Shown here: positions 54,317 through 64,000 of the stretch, in pieces
Position numbering within the stretch: position 1 is the first letter of the stretch
Layout: every line of letters starts with the position of its first letter
Origin: a virus
Length of the DNA stretch: 64,000 nucleotides
IMG/VR virus record: IMGVR_UViG_3300045534_000133
Coordinates: 8,326 to 72,325 of that record
Direction: 5' to 3' (one strand)
Notes under the pieces: generated by a model
Databases searched by the model: none
The model's input: the letters and a program-made list of their open reading frames with translations, nothing else
Told to the model about the DNA's origin: nothing
Translations under genes and position numbers: made by a program

Positions 54317-55624
54317 CTAGTGTTTGACGCCTCGTGCGCCGGTAATTGTCTCGGGTACGCGCTCGGCCAGAACTTCGGCGAACGTCTGGCCGGTGGCCAT
54401 CAGGATGGCCGTCTGGCCAGTGAACTTCTCCCACCGGGTGATGGCCACGTCCACATAGGCCGGTGACAGTTCCACGGCATAGCAGATGCGGCCCTCGCGC
54501 TCGGCGGCGATGAGGCAGGTGCCGGACCCAGAGAACGGCTCATAGATGGCCTGCCCGGGGTTGCTGTTGTTTCGGATGGCCCGGGCAAACAGTTCGACCG
54601 GTTTCTGGGTGCCGTGGCCGGTCTTTTCGTCACCCTTCTGCTCGCCGCCCTTGCGGCCGACAGGGTTAAGCGTCGGGACATCCCAGATCGTGGACTGGGT
54701 CCGATCTCCGCCCCAGTGGTGCGTCTTGGCCTTCCCCCGGACAACGTACCACGCCGCCTCGTGCTGCCAGTGGTAGTCGGAGCCCCCGAGGGCGTAGTGC
54801 TGCTTTTTCCAGATGATCTGGGACTTCACCTCGAACCCAACCTCCCGCAGGGAGAAGTCCACCTCGCTGGCGTACAGGCCCGCATGCCAGACGTATGCCA
54901 CGTCGCCCGGGAACAGGGCCCACGCCTCCGTCCAGATGGCGTTGTCATCGTTCTCGACCTTGCCGGTCCCGCGCTTGGCGAAGCTGGAGGTGGCCTTGTC
55001 GCGGAAACCCGGGTCGTACTTCACGCCGTAGGGCGGGTCTGTAACCATCAAGTGCGGCTTCACGCCCCCCAAAACGGCGGCCACCGTGTCGGCGTCCGTG
55101 CTGCTGCCACAGGCGATGCGGTGGCCGCCCAGTTCCCAGATATCCCCAAGCACCGACACGGGGTGCACAGGGGCGTCCGGCACGTCGTCGGCTTCGCTCT
55201 CGCCCTCGTTCGGCTGGTGCAGCAGCTTGAGGAGTTCGTCCTCGTCGTGCCCGGTCAGAGACAGGTCGAAACCTGCCTCCTCCAGTTTGCGCAGTTCGGC
55301 GATCAGGGCGGCGGTGTCGGTATCGGAGTCCTCCGCCGACCGGTTGTCGGCGATGCGGTAGGCCATCTTTTGCTCCGCCGACAGGCCGAGAACCTGAATC
55401 ACCGGCTTCTCGGTTAGGCCGAGGTTTCGAGCGGCATGGCGGCGGCGGTGGCCAGCCAAGATCACCCCGTCCTCGTCAACGATCACCGGATTGATGAAGC
55501 CGTACTCGTCGATCAGTTTTTCCATCTTCGCGATGGTGGCGGGCGTGTGAGCCTTGTGATTGTCGGGATAGTCCTTTGCCCCGTCGATCGGCCACATGGC
55601 CGTGGGCAGCACCTTCACCGTCAT
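54317..55624 (-). CDS. ParB-like N-domain fused to DNA methyltransferase
   Basis: 'YGFINPVIVDEDGVILAGHRR', 'YRIADNR'; 'TDPPYGV', 'HGTQKPV', 'EPFSGSGT'. Confidence 0.9.
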   Translation of the reverse strand: MTVKVLPTAMWPIDGAKDYPDNHKAHTPATIAKMEKLIDEYGFINPVIVDEDGVILAGHRRRHAARNLGLTEKPVIQVLGLSAEQKMAYRIADNRSAEDSDTDTAALIAELRKLEEAGFDLSLTGHDEDELLKLLHQPNEGESEADDVPDAPVHPVSVLGDIWELGGHRIACGSSTDADTVAAVLGGVKPHLMVTDPPYGVKYDPGFRDKATSSFAKRGTGKVENDDNAIWTEAWALFPGDVAYVWHAGLYASEVDFSLREVGFEVKSQIIWKKQHYALGGSDYHWQHEAAWYVVRGKAKTHHWGGDRTQSTIWDVPTLNPVGRKGGEQKGDEKTGHGTQKPVELFARAIRNNSNPGQAIYEPFSGSGTCLIAAEREGRICYAVELSPAYVDVAITRWEKFTGQTAILMATGQTFAEVLAERVPETITGARGVKH

Positions 55625-55799
55625 CGCATCCCTCCGCGCTCGCGGGGCAGCTATGCCATGAACCGGCGGAAAGCGACACCCCCCTGTTTTTGCTGGTCTA
55701 TCAGAAAAGTTCTGGAGTGGGGTTGACGCCGTATCAGTTCACCAATAACTTGGCCTTGTTCCCCGGGGATAACCGGGACCGCACTTGGGAGCCTTCGCT

Positions 55800-56417
55800 A
55801 TGCAGATCGACTTTCAAACCGTCGCACCGCCCGTCGCCGCCGAACACCTCGCGGCCAACATCAAGGCGCTTTCGGACAAGGACCAGTCATTCGCCGCTTC
55901 CCTGCTCAGGAGCCGGGTCGATGGCAAAACCTCCGCAAAGCAGTGGGTGTGGATTCGCACCCTCGCCGCTCGCGCCACCAACCCGGCGCCCGCCCCCGTC
56001 ACAATGACCGTCAAGGGCGTGTTCGCCGCGTTCCAGACGGCCGCCGCCAACCTGAAAAAGCCCAAGGTGATCATCGCCGACAACGGCGTCACCCTGCGCC
56101 TCTCGGTGCTGGGCAAGGGCTCGAAAAACTGCGGCGATATCGCGGTGACCGACACCAACCCGGTCTGGGAAGACCGCCGCTACTTCGGCCGCATCACCCA
56201 CGACGGCATCTTCATCGCCTCGCCGAAAGAAGACGCCAGCCGCTTCGCCGTTTGGGACACCCTCATGGCTTTCGGCGACAACCCAGCCGGAACCGCCGCC
56301 GCCTATGGCAAGGCCACCGGCTCCTGCTGTTTCTGCAGCCGGGAACTGACCGACACCACCAGCGTGGAACTGGGCTACGGCCCGATCTGCGCAAAGAACT
56401 GGGGCCTGCCGCACTAG
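55800..56417 (+). CDS. DUF6011-type Zn-finger protein
   Basis: 'CCFCSRELTDTTSVELGYGPICA'. Confidence 0.75.
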   Translation: MQIDFQTVAPPVAAEHLAANIKALSDKDQSFAASLLRSRVDGKTSAKQWVWIRTLAARATNPAPAPVTMTVKGVFAAFQTAAANLKKPKVIIADNGVTLRLSVLGKGSKNCGDIAVTDTNPVWEDRRYFGRITHDGIFIASPKEDASRFAVWDTLMAFGDNPAGTAAAYGKATGSCCFCSRELTDTTSVELGYGPICAKNWGLPH

Positions 56418-56462
56418 GCGGCCCCGGACGTGCTTACCAACCTTTCACTGGAGAATACCAAC

Positions 56463-57626
56463 ATGACCGCTCACGCAATCGACGTTTCCAAGGGCGCCTG
56501 CATCAGCACGGTGTCGAACCAATGGGCCACCCGGGCCGATGACGAGAAGTTCACCTCGCTCGGCGCCCTGCGCGATCAGGTGGCAAGCTGGAAAGACGCC
56601 AGCTTCACCAAGGATTTCGCCCCGCGCTCGGTGTCGCTGATCACCGACAAGGACGACACCAAGGCCCTGCGCTGCCGTATCGGCGACGGCCCCGAGACGA
56701 ACCTGACGCCCTACGCCTTCGACCGGCTGGCCCAAGTCGCCAGCAGCCCCGCCAGTTACCTGCGCAAGCTGCCTGCCGCCCTCGCGGCTGCCAACCTGCG
56801 CTACGGCCTGCTGACGGCCGATCAGGACGACCAGTCGGCTTACCTGATGGACGACGGCGAAACCTCGCTGCGCGGCATCACCAGCACCAAGTACGGCCGC
56901 ATCCATGATGTGGACGTGGTGGACGAGGTGATGAAGCTGGCCGGGCAAGGGACCGGCGACACCCGCTGGAAAGTCCCCGGCACGATCGACTGGGCAGGCG
57001 CTGGCATCAGCTACAACCCGGCGGTGGATATCACCACCCAGAACACCACCCTGTACGCCTCCGACCGGGACATTTTCCTGTTCCTTGTGGACGACATGAA
57101 CCCGATCGAGGTGGGCAAGCTGGACAACGGCGACCCGGACCTGATGTTCCGGGGCTTCTACGCATGGAACAGCGAGGTGGGCTGTCGATCGTTCGGGCTG
57201 GCCACGATGTACCTGCGCGGGGTGTGCCAGAACCGAAACCTCTGGGGTGTCGAGGGCTTCAACGAAGTCACCTTCCGCCACACCGCCGGGGCACCCAACC
57301 GCTTCATGGCCGAGGCCGCGCCTGCCCTGCAGTCGTTTGCCGAGGGCGACTCCAAACTGGTGATCGCGGGCGTCAACGCCGCCAAGACGGCCATCGTCAG
57401 CAAGGACACCGACGAGCGGGTGGACTTCCTGCAGGGCTTCGGGTTCAGCCGCAAGCAGGCCATGGCGCTCATCGGTATCGGTGAGGCCGAGGAAGGCCAC
57501 GCCCCGACCTCGGTGTGGGACCATGCGCAGGCCGTCACCGCTCTGGCCCGGCGCCAGACGCTGAACGAAACCCGGATGGCGCTGGAGGTGACGGCGGGCA
57601 AGATGCTCGACAAGGTGACCGCCTAA
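56463..57626 (+). CDS. DUF932-family protein
   Basis: 'LYASDRDIFLFLVD', 'RGFYAWNSEVG', 'RGVCQNRNLWG'. Confidence 0.8.
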   Translation: MTAHAIDVSKGACISTVSNQWATRADDEKFTSLGALRDQVASWKDASFTKDFAPRSVSLITDKDDTKALRCRIGDGPETNLTPYAFDRLAQVASSPASYLRKLPAALAAANLRYGLLTADQDDQSAYLMDDGETSLRGITSTKYGRIHDVDVVDEVMKLAGQGTGDTRWKVPGTIDWAGAGISYNPAVDITTQNTTLYASDRDIFLFLVDDMNPIEVGKLDNGDPDLMFRGFYAWNSEVGCRSFGLATMYLRGVCQNRNLWGVEGFNEVTFRHTAGAPNRFMAEAAPALQSFAEGDSKLVIAGVNAAKTAIVSKDTDERVDFLQGFGFSRKQAMALIGIGEAEEGHAPTSVWDHAQAVTALARRQTLNETRMALEVTAGKMLDKVTA

Positions 57627-57769
57627 GCGTTGGCCACGGGGCTCGGCTCCACGCCGGGCCCCACTTTTCGCGCTGGACTTTCAGACCGCGTTTTTCTGTT
57701 GCAACCGGTCCAGTTCTATGGTTTAGCTATTCATGCGGGGCCAGCCGGTCCCGCCTTGGGAGAAAAAAG

Positions 57770-58024
57770 ATGAAAACCACCACCTTCTACCGTCACCGGA
57801 ACCTTGGCGGCTCTTGGACGATCACCACGGCCCCGCGCTACCCGGACAGCGGCAAGCTGGCCCCGGAGTTCGACACGGTGGCCACCTTCTCCGGCTCGGA
57901 AGCCGGGAAGATCGGCCTCGGCGCCTTCATCGCCGGGCTCCGGGTTCTGATCGGAGCCAGCCTCTACAACGAGGAAACCCGGCAGTTCGACGTGGGCACA
58001 GTTGCCCAGCTTGACGCCGCCTGA
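57770..58024 (+). CDS. hypothetical protein
   Basis: GGGAG RBS; MKTTTFYRHR... Confidence 0.55.
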   Translation: MKTTTFYRHRNLGGSWTITTAPRYPDSGKLAPEFDTVATFSGSEAGKIGLGAFIAGLRVLIGASLYNEETRQFDVGTVAQLDAA

Positions 58025-58084
58025 CGTGCCTACCGGCCCGGGCATCCCGCCCGGGCCACCTCCCCCTTCACATGGAGAAGCCCC

Positions 58085-58627
58085 ATGTGGGTGATGCTCA
58101 ATAATGCCTTCCTGTCGATCGTCAGCCCGTCCGCGCGGAGCCCCACGCTCGACGTGCGAGCCCGCGCCCGGGGCGATATCGAGCGGGTCTTTCCCGGTGC
58201 CAAGGTGATCTGCCTGCCGAACAGAGACTACGCCTTCCGCGCCCACCTGCCGCGCAATGACGTGGCCGCCGCGATCGAGCGCGAGGTGGCAGGCATCCGC
58301 TACCCCAACTTCAAGGGCTCCACGGTGCAAAACGACCGGCACGATGCTTACGTCCGGTGCTGGCAGGCCATGGCCGATTTTCAGGAGAGCCGGGGTCATG
58401 GCCGCCCCTACCAGACGACGGCCACCGGCAAGGGCCGCAAGCAGCCCAAGGGGCGCAAGGGCGGCTACGGCAGCCTGCAGTCGGGCCTCTACGACATGTT
58501 CGACGATCTGCCCTTCCCGCCGCTCCCCGGCGACACCATGGCCGATCTGGACGAGGCCGAGGCCAAATGGCTGGCCGATCGCGAAGACACCATGGACTTT
58601 GATGGCCCGGCGCACCGTAAGGGTTGA
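58085..58627 (+). CDS. conserved-type phage hypothetical protein
   Basis: 'MWV...FLSIV', 'VRAR', 'DYAFRA', 'YPNFK'. Confidence 0.65.
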   Translation: MWVMLNNAFLSIVSPSARSPTLDVRARARGDIERVFPGAKVICLPNRDYAFRAHLPRNDVAAAIEREVAGIRYPNFKGSTVQNDRHDAYVRCWQAMADFQESRGHGRPYQTTATGKGRKQPKGRKGGYGSLQSGLYDMFDDLPFPPLPGDTMADLDEAEAKWLADREDTMDFDGPAHRKG

Positions 58628-58699
58628 CGGAGCGCAAAAGCCAAGCCATAACGATCTCGCTGCAGCCCAAGGGCTCTGGCGTTTCCTCCCAAGGACTCT

Positions 58700-58735
58700 G
58701 GCCCCGGCGGGCTTGCTCGCCGGGGCCTCTTTTTG
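58700..58735. terminator. terminator between convergent units
   Basis: GGCCCCGGCGGG...CTCGCCGGGGCC then TCTTTTT. Confidence 0.6.
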
Positions 58736-58743
58736 CCCGGCGC

Positions 58744-59556
58744 TCACGTCAGCAGTTCCGGCGGGCACAGGCAGCCCGGCTCGCCCGGACGCGGGCCCCA
58801 GTCCACCCGGTTCCAGTTCTGGTCCTCTTTCCACTCCCGCACACGGGATGGCCAGCGGTCGATGGTGTCGGGCTTCGGCCCGGCCGACGACAGAGGCGGT
58901 GCCTTCTCGATCGCCATGACAATCCAGTTCCGCCACGCGGCTGCCCAGTCCCGGGCCCTCCGGTCGTTCGTCATGGCGTGGTTGCGGAAGCGCTCGGCCT
59001 CCATGGTGATCTTCACGGCTGCACCGGCGTCGGCCACCTGCACCTTGGCGGCCTGCAGGGCGGGCAGATCGGGGAAGCCGTCGGGGATGGCCACCTCGGG
59101 CTTTCGAGCCTTCGGCTTCGCCTTCGCGTGCGAGGAATCTACTCTTGTAGATTCCTTCTCTGTATCTGTGTCTGTATGGCTAACTTTTGGCTGCGGTATC
59201 CCTTTGTTTTTCCTTGGTTTCGCTGCGATTTCGGCCTGATTATCCCGGTATTTTCTCGTTTCTTCCCCGAGATAATCCGCGCGAGGGTTCGTGATGAAGC
59301 CGGATTTGATCGTGATTTTACCGACGGTCCCGTTGGCGTTCGGCCACGTCTGGAGCGCCAGTTTGATTACCCGCCACTTGCGGACGCTGCAGCCAAGCTG
59401 CCCGGCAATATAGCCGTCATCCTCCTGCAGAAGCCCGCCCCGATAGTAGATCAGGTCCAGCAGGATGGCGTAGGCGCCCTTCGTCTCAAGGTCCATGCCT
59501 ATGGTGCCGTCGAGGAAGTCCCGGGGAAACCGCTTGTAGTAGGGCAGGGCGCTCAC
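58744..59556 (-). CDS. DUF1376 (YdaU-like) replication initiator
   Basis: 'LPYYKRFPRDFLDGTIGMDLETKGAYAILL'; C-terminal 'DWAAAWRNW'; adjacent to DnaB. Confidence 0.8.
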   Translation of the reverse strand: MSALPYYKRFPRDFLDGTIGMDLETKGAYAILLDLIYYRGGLLQEDDGYIAGQLGCSVRKWRVIKLALQTWPNANGTVGKITIKSGFITNPRADYLGEETRKYRDNQAEIAAKPRKNKGIPQPKVSHTDTDTEKESTRVDSSHAKAKPKARKPEVAIPDGFPDLPALQAAKVQVADAGAAVKITMEAERFRNHAMTNDRRARDWAAAWRNWIVMAIEKAPPLSSAGPKPDTIDRWPSRVREWKEDQNWNRVDWGPRPGEPGCLCPPELLT

Positions 59557-60980
59557 GAGACGGGCTCCCATGGCATGATCTGCTCTCCCTCATTGATGAC
59601 GATATCGAACGCCGGGCTGTAGCGCTGCATGTCGTTCCCGATGGCGCCGCCACGGAACTTTGCGGTCATCACCTCCATCTTGTTTTTCATCGTCTCAATG
59701 CGCGCCTCGTACACCAGCGGGTCGGTGTCCTTCGGGCAACCCTGCCGTTCGAGGTAGTAGCTTTCGCGGTACGGGAACATCACCACGTCGGCGTCCTGCT
59801 CGATCGAGCCGGAGTCGCGAAGATCGGAAAGCTGGGGTCTCTTGTCCTCTCGCTTCTCCACGTCCCGGGAAAGCTGCGACAGGGCGACGATGCCGCACCC
59901 GAGGTCTTTGGCCAGACGCTTGAGGGTGCTGGTGATCTCGCCGATGGCCTCGTTGCGGCTGTTATTGAAGCCGCGCGGCATCTCCATGATCTGGATATAG
60001 TCGATGAAAATGGCGGCCAGCTTGCCCTTTTTGGCCAGCGAGTGGCTGCGCCGGACGACGTGATCGAGCGACAAGGTGCTGCTGTCGTCCAGTATGAAGT
60101 TCGGCGGGACTTCCTCGGCCGCCGCTGCCAGCCGATCAAGCTGGGAGTGCGAGAGTTCGTCGCCCTGCATGTCGAAATAGGGGATGCCGTGGCCGCGCTC
60201 GCGGGTGATCTGGGCCAGCGTGCGCTCGCTCATCTCCTCCCGGTCCATCTCGACGCAGTAGTAGGCCACGATCTCGTCCGGGTTCCGCCGGGCGCATCCG
60301 ATCGCGGCCGCGCGAGCGAGCGAGGTCTTGCCCATACTCGGGCGACCGGCGACCACGATCAGCTTGGCGGGCCGGATGCCGTGCAGGCGCTGGTCGAAGC
60401 AGCGCAGCCCTGTCAGGCGCCCGTTCTTTTTGCCGGTGTCCTTCTCGTGGTTGAGGCGCACCACCGTGCCCCGGGCGGCCTCCAGAGCGCTCACCATCGT
60501 GATCGAGGCAGGCGCGCTGGCGTGCATCATGCTTGTGATGGCCCCAGAGGTGGCCGTGAGCGTGCTGTAGGCCGCAACAGTGGGGTCGTTGGCCCCATCC
60601 CTCACCCCACCGGCCAGTTCCACCAGCATGCGTCGCTGGGCAGCGTCTATGATGGTGCTGGCGGCCGTAATGGCCCACGCCGTTGGCGGTGCCCTCTCCA
60701 CCAGAGACAAGAAAAACAGATGAATGTTCGGTGCCGGACCGCCCGGATGTTCTGGCAAAAAGGACGGGTCTGTCGAAAAAAGGCTTGCCAGTGTCGAGGG
60801 CTCCGGCGCCTCATTGGCGGCCACGCGCTCTCGGATGGCCTCAAAGATGCGCGCGTGCAGCGGCTCGTAGAAGTGGGCAGGTTTCAGGTCGGCGATGCTG
60901 TCGAGCATCGTAGGGTCGAAGATGGCCGCGCCAAGCACGTCCAGTTCGGCCTCCAGATTGATCAGAGCAGTAGCGGTCAT
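59553..60980 (-). CDS. dnaB: replicative DnaB helicase
   Basis: 'AGRPSMGKT', 'IDYIQIM', 'LSQLSRDVEKREDKRPQLSDLRDSGSIEQDAD'. Confidence 0.95.
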   Translation of the reverse strand: MTATALINLEAELDVLGAAIFDPTMLDSIADLKPAHFYEPLHARIFEAIRERVAANEAPEPSTLASLFSTDPSFLPEHPGGPAPNIHLFFLSLVERAPPTAWAITAASTIIDAAQRRMLVELAGGVRDGANDPTVAAYSTLTATSGAITSMMHASAPASITMVSALEAARGTVVRLNHEKDTGKKNGRLTGLRCFDQRLHGIRPAKLIVVAGRPSMGKTSLARAAAIGCARRNPDEIVAYYCVEMDREEMSERTLAQITRERGHGIPYFDMQGDELSHSQLDRLAAAAEEVPPNFILDDSSTLSLDHVVRRSHSLAKKGKLAAIFIDYIQIMEMPRGFNNSRNEAIGEITSTLKRLAKDLGCGIVALSQLSRDVEKREDKRPQLSDLRDSGSIEQDADVVMFPYRESYYLERQGCPKDTDPLVYEARIETMKNKMEVMTAKFRGGAIGNDMQRYSPAFDIVINEGEQIMPWEPVS

Positions 60981-61426
60981 CGACGGCCCCACCGATCGGG
61001 CGTTAGCTTGAGGGCAATGCCGTTGCCGAAGGCAAACTTGACCGTTTCGGTGCGCGAGCGGAGCGGCACACCCCACCGCGTCAGGATATCCAGCACCTCG
61101 TCCAGAGACTCGGCCACTTCCCAGTTGTGGCCGCACGCGGCCATGTCGCCGCCGAAGGCCACCTGCTCGGCCGACAGGCCGCCGACGCCGCCGGGCGGCT
61201 TCATCTCGATCGTGCCAAAGCCGGAGCGCACCACGTTGTCTCCGCGAGGCCAGATGAAGTGCAGATCGTGGACGCCCTTCGTGAGCCCCATGGCCTTGTA
61301 GATACCGCCCTGTACGGCGCTGCCGCCCATATTGTTCGGCACATGCCAGACGCGGGCAGGTGCGATCAGCGCAGCACGAAGCCATGCCACGACGCCGATT
61401 TGCAGGTCTTGTTCCAGTCTTTTCAT
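60977..61426 (-). CDS. VRR-NUC-like nuclease
   Basis: 'EQDLQ', 'HVPN', 'GVHDL', 'IEMKPP...LSAEQ'. Confidence 0.75.
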   Translation of the reverse strand: MKRLEQDLQIGVVAWLRAALIAPARVWHVPNNMGGSAVQGGIYKAMGLTKGVHDLHFIWPRGDNVVRSGFGTIEMKPPGGVGGLSAEQVAFGGDMAACGHNWEVAESLDEVLDILTRWGVPLRSRTETVKFAFGNGIALKLTPDRWGRR

Positions 61427-61606
61427 GCCGCTTACCGTTCGCTCCCAAGCTGGATTCGGGACTGGCCCGTGTCCGCCTTACCGTCAAGCTGAAAAGTCTT
61501 AACAGCCACAGCCGGGAGCGTTTTGTGGATGCCCTGATATTTTTCTGGTGTTCCTGTTGGTGGCTTGATATGCACCGCTCAAGCTATCCCTTCACCGAGA
61601 GTTTCA

Positions 61607-62641
61607 ATGGCAAACATCAAGTTCAAGACCGAAGACGAGTGGCACGCTCTACGCGACAGCCACATTGGCGGCTCCGACGTGGCCGCCTTGTTCAATCTCT
61701 GGCGCGACGCCGACGGGGTTGAGCGCGTCCGCCACCTGTTTGAGGCCGTGCCCGAGGACAGCCTATGCCTCGGCAGCCTGTCGCCCTACAAGAGCGGCTA
61801 CCGGCTCTGGATGGAGAAGGCCGGGCGTCTCGCGCCGGATGACCTGTCGGAGGTCGAGCGCGTGCTGGCCGGGCAGTTCATGGAGCCCGCCATCGCGGCA
61901 TGGGCAAACCGGCGCTGGCCCGACTGGAAGCTGCTCAAAAGCAGGGTCTACCACGTCCACCCGTCGATCGACGGGTTCGGTGCCAGCCTCGACTACTTCA
62001 TCCAGAAGGGCGTCGAGCCGGTCGATATCAAAAACGTCGATGGGCTGCAGTTCAAACGCAAATGGCTGCTGGACGACGACACCGGCGAGATCGTGGACTT
62101 CCCCATGGCCATCGTGCTGCAGATTCAGCACCAGATCGCCTGCACCGGGGCCGACCGGGGATGGGTTCTGGCCTGCGTCGGCGGCAACGAACTGCGCCGG
62201 GGCTCGATGCCCCGGCACCAGCCGACGATCGACAAGATCGAGACGGCCGTGCGCGCGTTCTGGGCGGCCGTTGCTGCCGGTATCGAGCCCATGGACGCTG
62301 ACTTTGGCACGGTGAAGGAGGTCTATTCCTTCGGCGACGCCAAGGACACCGACAACCCGCCGGTGGACTGGACGGGCACCACCACCGAGGCCGAGGACGC
62401 CGATCGCGCCGTGCGCCGCTACCTGCGCTGGAGTGATCACCTCAAGTTCGTCACGCAGCAGGTGGACCTACTCAAGGGCCGCGTCGGCCAGCACGTCGGC
62501 GCGGCCTACAAGGCCAAGTTCAACAGCGCCAACGTGACGTGGCCCACCATTCACCGGGAGGCCAAGACCGTCTCCTACAACGTCGATGCCAAAACCTACC
62601 GGGGCGGCATGACCGTCACCCGCATCAAGGAAACCGCCTGA
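61607..62641 (+). CDS. YqaJ-like recombination exonuclease
   Basis: 'WHALRDSHIGGSDVAA', 'LWMEKAG', 'ASLDY', 'DIKN', 'QIQHQI'. Confidence 0.85.
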   Translation: MANIKFKTEDEWHALRDSHIGGSDVAALFNLWRDADGVERVRHLFEAVPEDSLCLGSLSPYKSGYRLWMEKAGRLAPDDLSEVERVLAGQFMEPAIAAWANRRWPDWKLLKSRVYHVHPSIDGFGASLDYFIQKGVEPVDIKNVDGLQFKRKWLLDDDTGEIVDFPMAIVLQIQHQIACTGADRGWVLACVGGNELRRGSMPRHQPTIDKIETAVRAFWAAVAAGIEPMDADFGTVKEVYSFGDAKDTDNPPVDWTGTTTEAEDADRAVRRYLRWSDHLKFVTQQVDLLKGRVGQHVGAAYKAKFNSANVTWPTIHREAKTVSYNVDAKTYRGGMTVTRIKETA

Positions 62642-62642
62642 T

Positions 62643-63692
62643 ATGACCGATACTGCCCCCTCTACCGCTCTGGCCATGCCAGCGGAAACCTCGCCCACCG
62701 CGTTCTCCAGCTTGATGGACGCGGCCAATGCGTTCGATGCCGCCATGAAGATGGCGGGCTCGATCGCCGCTGCCGGGTGGGCCCCGAACAGCTATCGCAA
62801 GGACGTGCCGAAAAACCACGCGGGCGCTCGCATCGGGCGCCCCGAAGATCAGGACTTGGACACCAACAAAATCGCCATCGGCATCATGCAGGGCGCTGAA
62901 CTGGGCCTGAAACCCATCCAGTCCCTGCAGTCGATCGCGGTGGTGAACGGAATCCCGTCTCTGTATGGCGACGCCATGCTGGCGGTCGTCAACGCCACAG
63001 GGCAGGTTGAGGACTTCGCCGAGGAGCCTGTCGTCAACAACGAGGGAGTGGTGACCGGCTGGAAAGCCACGATGAAGCGCAAGAGCCGCGCGACGCCCAC
63101 CGTTCGATTCTTTACAGTCGAAGATGCCAAGGGTGCAGGCCTGCTCAACAAGTCTGGACCGTGGACGCAGTACCGCTCGCGCATGCTGCAGATGCGCGCC
63201 CGGGGCTGGTGCCTTCGCGACAGCTTCCCCGACACCCTCAAGGGCCTGATGATTGCCGAGGAGGCGCAGGACATTGTGATCGTCACCAACGAGCCGGTCC
63301 CGGCCATCGCCGCACCCAAGTCGGTCAAGGGTAAGCTGAAAGCCTTTACCGAGGGCAACAAGGCCCCGGAGGTGCAGGAGCCGGTGGACGCCGATTTTAC
63401 CGAGGACGCCCACGACCCGGTCACAAGTGAGGTTACGCAGGAGGAAGCAAGTGGCCTGCCTAACGAGATTCAGGCAGCCTTCGACAACGCCAAGTTCACC
63501 CCGTTCCTCCAGTGGCTGGACGTGGAACTGCAGAAACTGGCCGACGCGCCCGAGGTGAAGCAGGGGCTGGTCGATCGCCATGCCGCGCGCCTGCGCACCG
63601 TCTATGCCAGCGGCAAGGCCGCCGAGGCTGCCGTCAACAAGCTGGTCACCGCGTTTGGTGTCGAACTGTCGCTTGAAGGGCTGGAAAACTGA
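62643..63692 (+). CDS. RecT-like ssDNA annealing protein
   Basis: 'GAELGLKPIQSLQSIAVVNGIPSLYGD', 'GPWTQYRSRMLQMRAR...FPDTLKG'. Confidence 0.8.
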   Translation: MTDTAPSTALAMPAETSPTAFSSLMDAANAFDAAMKMAGSIAAAGWAPNSYRKDVPKNHAGARIGRPEDQDLDTNKIAIGIMQGAELGLKPIQSLQSIAVVNGIPSLYGDAMLAVVNATGQVEDFAEEPVVNNEGVVTGWKATMKRKSRATPTVRFFTVEDAKGAGLLNKSGPWTQYRSRMLQMRARGWCLRDSFPDTLKGLMIAEEAQDIVIVTNEPVPAIAAPKSVKGKLKAFTEGNKAPEVQEPVDADFTEDAHDPVTSEVTQEEASGLPNEIQAAFDNAKFTPFLQWLDVELQKLADAPEVKQGLVDRHAARLRTVYASGKAAEAAVNKLVTAFGVELSLEGLEN

Positions 63693-64000
63693 TGGGAACG
63701 TCGGTCCCTATTCCGCGCGGTGAACTGGAGGTGGCGCTGGGCGCCGCTTTCAGGGACGCCCGCACCGCCAAGCGCTGGACGCTAAAGGAGATGGCCGATG
63801 GCCTTGGCGTCGGCGTCAACACCATCCGCTGGCACGAAGCTGGTGACACCATCATGGCGCCGGACAAACTGATAAAGGCGGCCGGGTTGCTGGGAGCGGC
63901 CCCCAACGCGCTGGGAGCCTCCTACAGGGCCGCACAGGCGCTGGCCGCACTGACGGAAGCCGCGACAGCCGAAGGCCTGCAGGTGGCTGTCTCGCGGCTT
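63692..64000 (+). CDS. XRE-family HTH regulator (runs off right edge)
   Basis: 'FRDARTAKRWTLKEMADGLGVGVNTIRWHEAG'. Confidence 0.75.
   Translation, partial: MGTSVPIPRGELEVALGAAFRDARTAKRWTLKEMADGLGVGVNTIRWHEAGDTIMAPDKLIKAAGLLGAAPNALGASYRAAQALAALTEAATAEGLQVAVSRL

Noticed and set aside
1-64000. CRISPR array, rRNA, integrase or transposase
   Set aside because: No regularly spaced direct repeats or recognisable motifs seen; lifestyle cannot be determined from this window

Overview
GC-rich, gene-dense segment of a tailed dsDNA phage with siphovirus-type gene content. The host is probably an alphaproteobacterium, inferred from the two-piece permuted tmRNA. The minus strand carries the virion operon: terminase small and large subunits, portal, a possible 842-aa appendage protein, MuF, a 2204-aa multi-enzyme protein, XkdF-type prohead protease, scaffold, decoration protein, major capsid, neck, tail tube, chaperones, tape measure with an M23 peptidase, and a ~2830-aa modular tail tip/fibre. 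About 10 kb of plus-strand small early-type genes, a tmRNA and a tRNA(CAT) sit between portal and MuF. The right end has two more DNA methyltransferases, an amidase endolysin, DUF932, a DUF1376 initiator, DnaB, VRR-NUC, YqaJ and RecT-like genes. The best candidate for an undescribed system is the 2204-aa protein between MuF and the protease. It chains zeta-toxin-like kinase, possible SAMase-fold, NUDIX, HipA/PI3K-like kinase and ADP-ribosyltransferase-like domains. Several segments start with [VI]-x-K sites followed by 'PR..G.F'-type peptides, and similar sites recur in the head proteins. This suggests a head-packaged, protease-processed effector polyprotein. Second is a compact permuted tmRNA with a Leu resume codon, next to an atypical initiator-like tRNA. 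All family assignments come from motif recognition by eye; no searches were run. Many start codons were re-picked from RBS and ATGA/GTGA overlaps.
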